Source: Eledone cirrhosa
Taxonomy: Eukaryota
DNA: 64,000 nt
Reading direction: 5' to 3'
Assembly: GCA_964016885.1 (NCBI GenBank)
Contig: OZ024745.1
Span: 72,726,001 to 72,790,000, forward strand
Part shown: piece after piece, positions 35,198 through 45,544 of the stretch
Numbering within the stretch: the first letter of the stretch is position 1
How the letters are laid out: every line of letters begins with the position of its first letter
Program-made: the position numbers and the translations under genes
Notes under the pieces: model-generated
Told to the model about the DNA's origin: nothing
What the model saw: the letters and a program-made list of their open reading frames with translations, nothing else
The model's database searches: none

Positions 35198-38100
35198 GAT
35201 AGCAACTAAAAGTGCTGCGATCGAATGTGGCTTTTTAGCCCAGCCAATGATCTAAAATGTCTTGCACAGAGTCGGCAACCAAAACATTTACTGGGAATAG
35301 TCGGCTGTGGTTGGAGTTCGTGTACTTTTGCATGTCGCTTGAGTCCTCCTGCTGATTTACATTCTCTACCACATGTTTGGCAAGCATGATGAGTAGCATC
35401 TCCAACAGCAGCCTGGTAGTCAACCACTGGTCTTACTTTATGACTGCGAAGATGACTTTCGAGTCCAGCTTTGCTTAGGCAGAGTCTCGCACAGACGCTG
35501 CATGTCAGAAACATAGGAGGACCCTCGCCGTCTGGAAGTGCAACAGCAATACCCTTCCTCACGTCCCGCTTTACTTTCTCGTGTGCGATTCGAGATGCCT
35601 CAAAGGCAACTTTTCCCTCATATACAGTCTTTCTCCATTTATTACGATCAGCAGCAATATTTTCCCATGTATCAGCAGAGATGTTAGCGTCTTTCAGAGA
35701 GGCCTTCAAGGAATCCTTATACCTCTTTTTTGGTTTATGTGGCGGTCGTTTTCCTTTAACCAACTCTCCATAGAAGAGTCGTTTTGGTATTCTAGAATCC
35801 TTCATCCTGGCAAGGTGACCACTCCAACGGAGTCGCTGCTTAAGCACAAGAGCTTCTATACTGTCACACATAGAGCTTTCCAAAATCTCGACATCACTGA
35901 TGTGGTCCCTCCAGCGAACGCCATGTATCCGTCTGAGACACATCTGATGGAAACGCTCCAATTGCTTAAGGTGGCGTCGATATGTGACCCAGGTCTCGCA
36001 GGCATAAAGAAGACAAGAGAGTACACATGCCCTGTACACCCTTACCTTTGTCCTCCTGCATATGTCTCGCCGACCCCAGAGTCGCCTCTCTAGCTTTCCG
36101 AAAGCATCACTTGCTTTCCTAATCCTAAGTGAGATTTCACTGTCAAGGTTGCCGTATCGATTGACAGTGCTTCCCAGGTAGACAAACTGATCAACCACTC
36201 CAAGTCGTTTGCCATACACATAGATGTTTGGTTCAGTGTACTGCCTACCAGGTGCAGGTTGGTACATGACGACGGTTTTCTTGAGACTGACAGTCAAACC
36301 CAGGGCAGTGCAAGCGTCAGAAAATACATTCAAAATGTGCTGCATATCACTCTCTGTGTGCGCTACAAGATCGCAATCATCTGCATACAAGAGGTCTCTT
36401 ATGACTGATGTAAATACTTTTGTCTTCGCAGCAAAGCGCCTGATGTTAAATATGCTGCCTGAGGTTCGATATCGGATGTAAACACCATGCTCGCAATTCC
36501 TGAATGCAATACAGAAAACCATTGCAAAGTATATGGCAAACAGGGTCGGTGCTGGAATATCCCCCTGTTTCACTCCATTTTTTACTGAGATAGGCTCCGA
36601 CATGTTACCTCCGACATTAACCCAAGCCTTCATGTCGTCATGGAAAGACCTAACTAAAGCAAGGAACTTATCAGGGCAACCAAGTTTCTGGAGAACCTTC
36701 CATAATGCATCTCTGTTGACAGTATCGAAAGCCTTTGTCAGATCGACAAAAACCTGATACAGATCCAAGCCCTGTTCAATGCACTTCTCCTGGAGCTGTC
36801 TAGCTGAGAAGATCATATCAGTAGTGCCGCGTCCAACACGAAAACCAGATTGACTTTCAGGAAGGACACAATCTGCAATGTGTGTCAGCAGACGGTCCAG
36901 AAGCACCCTACATAAAACTTTCCCCACGACAGAAAGCAATGATATACCTCTGTAGTTCCCACAATCATTCCTGTTACCCTTTCCCTTGTACAAGACCACC
37001 ATTACCGCATCTCTCCAGTCCTCAGGCACGGATTCATTAGCCCATATCCTTCCAAACAGAGAGTGAAGATGTTGCAGGAGTCTCTCACCACCATATTGTA
37101 GGAGCTCAGCATGTATGCCATCCATACCTGGAGATCTTCCACTGTTCAGCTTCGAAATAGCCACTGCAACCTCCACAAGTGTCGGAGGTTCTGCGAGAGC
37201 TACTTTCACAGGACTTTCCGGAATGAGATTGAGGAAATCTTCACTGACGACAGACGGCTGATTCAAAAGATCATCAAAGTGCTCTCGCCACCTTCGTAGA
37301 ATTCCCTGTGAGTCACGAAGAAGTTCTTTGCCATCCCTGCTGCGAATCGGTGTCACCAGAGAAGAAGACGGTCCATAAACCTCACGCAAGAGACTGTACA
37401 ACAGCTTTGTGTTATTGCAATCAGACGCAGTTTGTATCTCACCAGCCTTCTCACTCCACCACTGATCCTTCATCTGAGAAAGACTCCGCCTAACACGTGA
37501 TTTTACATCCCTGAGCTCCTCATGCAACGTATTCCTCTCCCGTGGTTTTGCCGTCAAGTAGCGTGACAGAGCGCGCCTCTTATCAGCCAACAAGTCATCT
37601 ATATGCACATCTTTCTCATTAAACCAGTCCTGATGTTTTCTCTGCACCAATCCCAGAACACGTCTGCCTACATCATAAACCGACTTTTTAAGGGTCGGCC
37701 AATCCTCACCAAGATCTGCAGCCTGCATCTCTTCTTCCAATGTCCTCTTCACATTTTTATCCTTAAGACGAGCAGCATTCAATCTTTTGGGCAGGGTAAC
37801 ACCAGGAGCCCGGATTTTACGTTTGGTGATTAGATTCACTTTTGCGCGTACCAGGCGGTGGTCCGTCCAGCACTCAGCTCCACGAAGAACACGAACACAC
37901 TGCACATCCTGTCTGTCACGCATCCTGACTAGGACGTAGTCCAAAAGATGCCATTCCTTAGATGCAGGATGCATCCATGTGGTCTTGAATTTGTTCTTTT
38001 GTTGGAACATGGTGCTGGTAACACACAGATCCAGCTCCTCACACATCTGCAGCAAGAGCATACCATTGCTGTTACACTTTCCCACCCCATGCCTTCCGAT

Positions 38101-38787
38101 TACATTCCATGTGTTAAAATCCCTACCCACTCTAGCATTAAAGTCACCAAGCACGATGACTTTGTCTGCCTGAGGGATATTTCTTAAAACACCTTTCAAG
38201 GCATGGTAAAAGGACAGTTTTTCTTCATCGACAGAATTCATAGTTGGAGCATACACACTCACCAGGGTAGCATATCTTCCCTTGTCCAGCGGAACTCTCA
38301 TGGACATAAGACGCTCACTAATCCCCACTGGGAATTCTTCTAATTTATTCACCAGTACAGTCTTAACAGCAAATCCTACCCCAGCCTCTCTTCTGGTTCC
38401 TTCATCTCTTCCTTTCCAGAAGAATGTATATTCTCCACAAAATTCCGTAAGATGACCATCTCCAGCTAACCTCGTCTCAGACAAAGCCACGATGTCAAGA
38501 TCGTAACGTCGAAGCTCCTTCGCAACAAGAGCGGTCCTTCGTTCAGGACGCTCCAAAGAATCCCCGTCAAGCAGCGTCCGTACGTTCCAGCAGCCAAGAC
38601 TAAATGCCCTGTTTGGCTCTATTACAATGGCACGATGACGGGCGGGCCCAGGTTGTGATAACTTGGGGCCCCTGCCCTTATTGCCAATGATCTTTTTTGT
38701 TCCAGAACCCAAATTGGCAATTATCTCGTTTACATTGTTCTGGAACATCATTGAATTGGAAAAAAAAAAAAAAAAGAAGTAATAATA

Positions 38788-38824
<37 letters not shown>

Positions 38825-39125
38825 ACTATTAATAATTATTAATGCACTCGTGCAATGCCTGTGCGTGACGAATATTTTTAAAGTGAGGAAAGACTGTGCA
38901 CTGAACCAATCCCACTCTCTGAGCGACAGTAGCTATAACCCGAAAAGAAGAAAAGATCAACATCATCGGTAACTACTGAGCCGCAGGTTTTATATCGGAG
39001 TTAACCCAGTTTCCTGAGATGCCTTCTCCTAGAAGAATACCCTGACATGGGCTAGGGGTTCTTCACTCCCAGTGGTTTAACTGCGCGATCGGGCATCCAG
39101 CCCGATTATTTCTATGTCCCCGCGC
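34729..39125 (-). mobile_element. Apparently full-length RTE LINE with microsatellite-containing UTRs
   Basis: The ORF above, a 5' UTR with CTAGGAGAAGG...CTCCGATATAAAACC, and a 3' terminal stem-loop ggccatactcgataacgag. The exact 5' end is uncertain. Confidence 0.85.
35206..38751 (-). CDS. Intact RTE-clade LINE ORF (about 1181 aa): APE endonuclease, reverse transcriptase, three C-terminal C2H2 zinc fingers
   Basis: Uninterrupted frame with CWNVRTL, LSETR, VYAPT, GDFNARVG and TDH, then QSGFR, VDLTKAFD, VKQG and YADD, then CxxC...HxxxH three times. The likely start is MMFQ at 38751; the track's Tyr/Phe N-terminus is a microsatellite. Confidence 0.95.
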   Translation of the reverse strand: MMFQNNVNEIIANLGSGTKKIIGNKGRGPKLSQPGPARHRAIVIEPNRAFSLGCWNVRTLLDGDSLERPERRTALVAKELRRYDLDIVALSETRLAGDGHLTEFCGEYTFFWKGRDEGTRREAGVGFAVKTVLVNKLEEFPVGISERLMSMRVPLDKGRYATLVSVYAPTMNSVDEEKLSFYHALKGVLRNIPQADKVIVLGDFNARVGRDFNTWNVIGRHGVGKCNSNGMLLLQMCEELDLCVTSTMFQQKNKFKTTWMHPASKEWHLLDYVLVRMRDRQDVQCVRVLRGAECWTDHRLVRAKVNLITKRKIRAPGVTLPKRLNAARLKDKNVKRTLEEEMQAADLGEDWPTLKKSVYDVGRRVLGLVQRKHQDWFNEKDVHIDDLLADKRRALSRYLTAKPRERNTLHEELRDVKSRVRRSLSQMKDQWWSEKAGEIQTASDCNNTKLLYSLLREVYGPSSSLVTPIRSRDGKELLRDSQGILRRWREHFDDLLNQPSVVSEDFLNLIPESPVKVALAEPPTLVEVAVAISKLNSGRSPGMDGIHAELLQYGGERLLQHLHSLFGRIWANESVPEDWRDAVMVVLYKGKGNRNDCGNYRGISLLSVVGKVLCRVLLDRLLTHIADCVLPESQSGFRVGRGTTDMIFSARQLQEKCIEQGLDLYQVFVDLTKAFDTVNRDALWKVLQKLGCPDKFLALVRSFHDDMKAWVNVGGNMSEPISVKNGVKQGDIPAPTLFAIYFAMVFCIAFRNCEHGVYIRYRTSGSIFNIRRFAAKTKVFTSVIRDLLYADDCDLVAHTESDMQHILNVFSDACTALGLTVSLKKTVVMYQPAPGRQYTEPNIYVYGKRLGVVDQFVYLGSTVNRYGNLDSEISLRIRKASDAFGKLERRLWGRRDICRRTKVRVYRACVLSCLLYACETWVTYRRHLKQLERFHQMCLRRIHGVRWRDHISDVEILESSMCDSIEALVLKQRLRWSGHLARMKDSRIPKRLFYGELVKGKRPPHKPKKRYKDSLKASLKDANISADTWENIAADRNKWRKTVYEGKVAFEASRIAHEKVKRDVRKGIAVALPDGEGPPMFLTCSVCARLCLSKAGLESHLRSHKVRPVVDYQAAVGDATHHACQTCGRECKSAGGLKRHAKVHELQPQPTIPSKCFGCRLCARHFRSLAGLKSHIRSQHF

Positions 39126-39592
39126 AAAAAAAAAAAAAAAAAAAAAAAAAAATTACTTATTGACAATTATACGTACGACATACACACACACGCATACATA
39201 TGCGTGCACACAGCAACACCCACACACACAACAAACACACACACACGCTACTCTACTCACTTACACGCACACACACATATATATATATATATTACCGTCG
39301 TTACTGATACAAGATTACCAGATTATGTCAACTGTTGACTTTCAAGAGTTTGTATAGTTGAAGCCGATCGTATTACAGTCCAGTATTACTATAATTGCTT
39401 TACAGCATAGAGTTATGGCTCTCCACGGAGTCAACAAAAGAGAGTACCAGTGATGCGCTGGCCAGTCGCTGGATCCGTGCCAAAAGCAGAAAAATTATTA
39501 TTAAAGTTGTTCTTAAGGCCAGGTCGCTGGTGATGGTGATGGCGACGGCGGTGGCGGTGGTGGTGGTGGTGGCAGTTGATGTTGTTGTTCTG

Positions 39593-39639
<47 letters not shown>

Positions 39640-40280
39640 GTTATTTTGAGTTTTTTTTCTTTTTTTTTCCTTTCTTTTTTTTCCTCCTTTTTTTTTTCCC
39701 CTTCCCTTTTTCTTTTTTCTTTTTTCTTTTCCCTTCCTTTTTTTATGTTTTGATGCCGCTGTTGTTGTTGTTGTAATTGTTGTAAATGTTCATTTCAGTT
39801 CATTCTGAAGCTGTTGTTGCTGTAAACATTAGTGCCGGTGTTGTTGTTGTTGTAGATGTTGGGGTTGAAATCTGGTTGTTTGACTGAGTGATGTATATAC
39901 ACACATATACATACACACACATATATATATATACATTCATCAGAGAGTAGAGAGTTTGACAACAGGTCGATGACTTTAGTCTCGATAGGGTATGGTATGG
40001 TAATGACATGTGATGGTGGGGAGAGAGTGTAGACGTTATTGTGGTGGTGTGGACAGTGAGATGTATCTAGTTCATTTGACCGTTTTCTTCTCTTAGCAAA
40101 ATTTGAATTCTAGCCATGTTATATTGAGATGTAAGTAAATGTAAAATATAAATAATATATATATACATACATATATATATACATACATATATATATATAC
40201 ATACATATATATATACATACATATATATATACATACATATATATATACATACATATATATATACATACATACATATATAT

Positions 40281-40343
<63 letters not shown>

Positions 40344-40362
40344 TATATACATATATATATAC

Positions 40363-40394
<32 letters not shown>

Positions 40395-40400
40395 TTACAG

Positions 40401-40489
<89 letters not shown>

Positions 40490-40490
<1 letters not shown>

Positions 40491-40829
40491 GAGGATGGCT
40501 CTGAACATTAATCAGTATACACTGAGGATGAAAAACTCAGAGCTGTATGGGAGCATCCCAAAAGTCAGCTCAAAAGTGACACAGAGGAGACTGAGGTTGG
40601 CTGGACATGCTCACCGACATCCAGAGTTGACATTGCACTCAGTGCTCCTTTGGGAGCCCTACATGGACACACTAGAAGAGGAAGACCAAGGTTAACATAT
40701 GTTGATGCCCTAAGGACAGACACTGGTCTGTTGGAGATGCAGATATGGCAGCGATAATGAGGACAGAGACCGCTGGAGAGAACTCGTCCATGGATCTCGG
40801 GAATTTTACCCGCCTTAGATAGATAGATA
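40490..40829 (+). mobile_element. 3' fragment of an RTE/RTE-X-type LINE with (AGAT)n tail
   Basis: [31 protein letters not shown]...VLLWEP...[11 protein letters not shown], followed by tagatagatagata. Confidence 0.8.
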
Positions 40830-40830
40830 T

Positions 40831-41423
40831 CTAGCTTGGGCTAGATGACGTTGGATATTCGACGGCTTGGATTGTGGTCTCGGGGGGGATTCCTTTTGGT
40901 TCGTCCTCTGGGGCGTGTGGCCTCTGCGCAGAGGAGATATTCTTTGTGCTAAAATCTGGAGATTCCTTAACCTACGGACAGATTTATTCAGTTGTTGCAG
41001 ACATAGATTGAGCTCAACGTTTAGATATAAATTTAAATTTAAAATGTGGTATATTTAGTTTGATTTATATTTATATGAGAACTAGCCGATAAATCTTTTG
41101 ATTCCTAAATCTTTGATTCCCTCTTTTTACTCTTTTTATTGTTTATTTTATTTTATTTATTTTTATTTTTATTTTTATCTAAACATTCCTCATGAAAAAT
41201 TGGGCTGCCCTAAAGGCCGATGCTCCAAATTTTTTGAATTAACCTTACACTAGATAAACTTCTGTGTTAAATATGGGAACATATGTAGACATTATTGGAC
41301 ATCATAATCTTTTTGCGATATTCTTTGCTAGATGTGATTTGATAGATGATTTTTGGCTTTGTCTTGTAGTGAACTTGGCAATATGTTGTCAATTGACTTT
41401 GAAGGGTTGTTCTTTGTGGTTCA

Positions 41424-41454
<31 letters not shown>

Positions 41455-42113
41455 TTTATTTTTATTCTTTTAGTATTGTAATATTCTATAATATTTTTAT
41501 TTTTTATTTTATTTTTATTTTTAATATTTTTATATGCTAAATTTTTAATACGTAATATTTTTAATACGTAGTATTTTTAATATGCAATATTTTTATTATG
41601 TAATATTCTTTCGTAATATTTTTTTAGTTTTCTATTTTATATTTTTATATATTTTTACTTATTATCATTATTATTGTTATCTTTGTTTATAATATAATAT
41701 ATATTTTCGATTAGTATATTGAAATCTGCTCTCTATTTCTGCTTGATAGATAATCTTGTAGAGTAATCGCAAGAATAATAATACGCTCAAATTTTTATAC
41801 CACATTGAGAATGTTTTCCGGTAACTTAGAATTTGCGGAGTGAATCAGTTGGATTCACATTGATGTTTGTAGCTGTCACATAAACATATGAATTTTTTAA
41901 AACTAAACATAAGATAATGAATTTTCACACATTGTGAATACTTGTTTCATTCAGGAATGCTGATATTTACAATATAGTGTAAGTTTTATAAATACTAATA
42001 CATTAAAACATAGGGTTTTCTACGCCTCGAATATGTCTGGCTTTTTTTAATTTTTTCTCTCTCTATATCTCTCTATATCTCTCTATATATCTCCCTTACA
42101 TTAATACTTGAGC

Positions 42114-42152
<39 letters not shown>

Positions 42153-42616
42153 ATGCATCATTGATACACTTACTCAAAATGACCTCCCACTACCTAATTT
42201 TCTATATATATATATATGTATCTATCTCTATTTCCTCTCTCTCTATATATATATATCTCTTTCTGTCTCTTTACATGAAGCTCTTCGCTTTATCTAATTT
42301 TCCATCTCTCTATTTTGTCCCATGCATTTCTTCTTTTTCTTTTTCTTCTTTTTCTTCCTTTTCTTCGTTTTGTCTTTCTTTCTTTCTTATTTCCCTCTTT
42401 TCTTTCTCTCTTTCTTTCTCTCTGTATTTTCACTGCTAGCGTAAACCTCTTCAAATGAAGTTGATGTTTATTACGGTATGTCGAATATATTTATCTATAA
42501 AACTGTTTATATTGTATTTTGTCTGATGAAGGCATAGCATATTGTTAATATGATATCCCCGAAATATATATAATGAAGTGGGTATGGTTTTATAAATATA
42601 GTTTTCCATTTATTTA
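40831..42616 (+). mobile_element. 5'-truncated PLE related to 25099-26811, A-to-G hypermutated, with HHR at 42515-42580
   Basis: Collinear with the GIY-YIG end, 3' region and HHR of the 22864-26811 element. Carries dense A>G differences (see findings). Confidence 0.9.
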
Positions 42617-42652
42617 ATATTGTATATATACATTATATATATATATATTTAC

Positions 42653-42703
<51 letters not shown>

Positions 42704-42733
42704 CGTACATATATATATATATATATTTACATA

Positions 42734-42805
<72 letters not shown>

Positions 42806-42815
42806 CGTACATATA

Positions 42816-42847
<32 letters not shown>

Positions 42848-42891
42848 CATATATATACATATATATATACATATATATATATATACGTACA

Positions 42892-42923
<32 letters not shown>

Positions 42924-43050
42924 CATATATATACATATATATATACATATATATATATACATATATACATACATATATATATACATATATATATACATAT
43001 ATATATACATATATATATACATATATATATACATATACATATATATATAC

Positions 43051-43082
<32 letters not shown>

Positions 43083-43215
43083 ATACATATACATATATAT
43101 ATACATATATATATACATATATATATACATACATATATATATACATAGATATATATATATACATATATATATACTATATATATATATACATACATATATA
43201 TACATATATATATAC

Positions 43216-43293
<78 letters not shown>

Positions 43294-43294
43294 C

Positions 43295-43343
<49 letters not shown>

Positions 43344-43374
43344 CATATATATACATATATATACATATATATAC

Positions 43375-43422
<48 letters not shown>

Positions 43423-43539
43423 AGATATATATGTATATACCTAGATATATATGTATATATATATGTATATATATATATATGTATATATATAAATGTATAT
43501 ATATATGTATATATATATGTATATATATATATGTATATA

Positions 43540-43674
<135 letters not shown>

Positions 43675-43753
43675 CAGAAGATATGTGGTAAGGAGCCAGG
43701 TGGACCATAACGCACCAAAGTACTCAATACTTAGGGTAGTAGAGTGGGTAATG

Positions 43754-43881
43754 GGAACGAGTGGGACCCCGACGGCTGAGCTAAAGCCGTTTCGACGGCT
43801 AATTCTGGACGCAATTAGAACACAGTCCAGAATTAGCCGTCGAAATGGCTTGAGCTCAGCCATCGGGGTCCCACTCGTTCC
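43754..43881. repeat. GC-rich near-perfect hairpin (57-bp arms, 14-nt loop)
   Basis: 43754-43810 is the reverse complement of 43825-43881 with 3 mismatches. Confidence 0.92.
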
Positions 43882-43961
43882 TATATATATATGTATATAT
43901 ATATGTATATATGTATATATATATATGTATATCTATATATATATATACATAGATATATGTG

Positions 43962-43992
<31 letters not shown>

Positions 43993-43998
<6 letters not shown>

Positions 43999-44836
43999 TT
44001 AGAAACACACAGATATCCGCGGACACACACATATATACATGAATGCATCCGCACCCAACTGTGAGTTAAGGGTGCCAACTTCACCGATATTGCTCAATGA
44101 ATGACTGGGACAGACCAATTCAGTTGAACCACACTGAACCAGTATCAGAGTTAAAAATACATTATGAAGAGAGAAGAAACATTTAGATATAATTAGTAAT
44201 AAAATGTATCATACCTAAACTGCTCCTAAATTCCTCAACTACGTAGTTTCGTGGCATAAACAAAAACAATATATCATAAAGATATAGAGTTCCTGCGAGG
44301 TCTGCCGACTTATCAAGAGGATACCTCATTTTACTACTCTCAAGAACGCGTCTACACGACGTGAGAAAGAATCCCAAAAGGCGGAGGGGGAGATAGTCAC
44401 GCGATATAACGGTCGAGAAACAGAGCTAAGCCTCTTATAACCACGAAGAAAATACCACGGAGGCGGAGGGGGTATTCATATCGAGGCCGTAGAAGAGGTG
44501 GTGAAGAAGGCGAGAAGTATGAGTAATGGAAGCTTTCCAGTTGTCCCCACACTTCAAAGATTGCTCAACCAGAGGGAGTTATTAACAATATATTTAGAAA
44601 CACACAGATACCCGCGGACACACACATATATACATGAATGCATCCGCACCCAACTGTGAGTTAAGGGTGCCAACTTCACCGATGTTGCTCAATGAATGAC
44701 TGGGACAGACCAATTCAGTTGAACCACACTGAACCAGTATCAGAGTTAAAAATACATTATGAAGAGAGAAGAAACATTTAGATATAATTAGTAATAAAAT
44801 GTATCATACCTAAACTGCTCCTAAATTCCTCGACTA
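43993..44836 (-). mobile_element. Retrozyme-like or PLE terminal-repeat unit, period 595 nt (about 1.4 copies), with HHR at 44232-44321
   Basis: Direct repeats at 43993-44241 and 44588-44836. Minus strand HHR: tcctc TTGATAA gt(c)ggca...tgccac GAAAC tacgta GTT gagga. Confidence 0.8.
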
Positions 44837-45051
44837 TATCTAAATGTTTCTTCAGGTTGGTTGCTTTGGACTATATTTGTAATATGGTTCTTAATGTTAT
44901 CTACATCCTTAGTTATTCTTATTATATATTTTTATTATTTTTATCTTTATTTTCATTTTTATTATCATATATTTTTGTAAGACATTAGTGTATGTACACT
45001 CCATATTCTTCAGAGTTTCTGGCTTGTATCTGCCGATATTACCTCTTGTTG

Positions 45052-45105
45052 TTTTGATTGCCCTGATGAGTCCTTAATAGGACGAAACATTGTCGGCTAA
45101 TAAAA
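45052..45105 (+). ncRNA. Canonical minimal type I hammerhead in a PLE-type terminal fragment (about 44855-45146)
   Basis: gcc CTGATGA gtcc ttaata ggac GAAAC att GTC ggc. Followed about 45 nt later by (TA)n. Confidence 0.88.
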
Positions 45106-45544
45106 TCTTTTGATGTATTAAAGAATTCTTTGTTTTACTCTCTTAATATATATATATATATATATATACACATAGACATATATATCAGGATTTTACCAGT
45201 TTTAAACTAGTAAGACCATTATTCAACAGAATGCTCAATACTAGGGATAGTAGAGTAGTCTGTAATTAGATGTCAAAACAGCAAGAGCTCAGCCACAGGC
45301 CCTGACTTTTTCTAATATATATATTCACAGACACATTTCATCTCACTTCACTTTGCCAAATTTTGAATGAATTCCAAGCGCTAACTACATTTTTTGTTCT
45401 TTTTGTCTATTTTTCCCAGTCAACCATCATTTGACTAAAAATGTTACTTTCTCCTTGCCTTTGTACCTGCCTGATCTGTTGCTATCAAACTTTCTGTCTT
45501 TCTTACATGACATGACCTCTTGTCTCTTTCATTCTCTGAAAATC

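Noticed and set aside
39290-40155. Unique blocks upstream of the RTE as a possible HDV-like ribozyme or extended 5' UTR
   Set aside because: I could not build a convincing nested pseudoknot by eye, so it is left unassigned.
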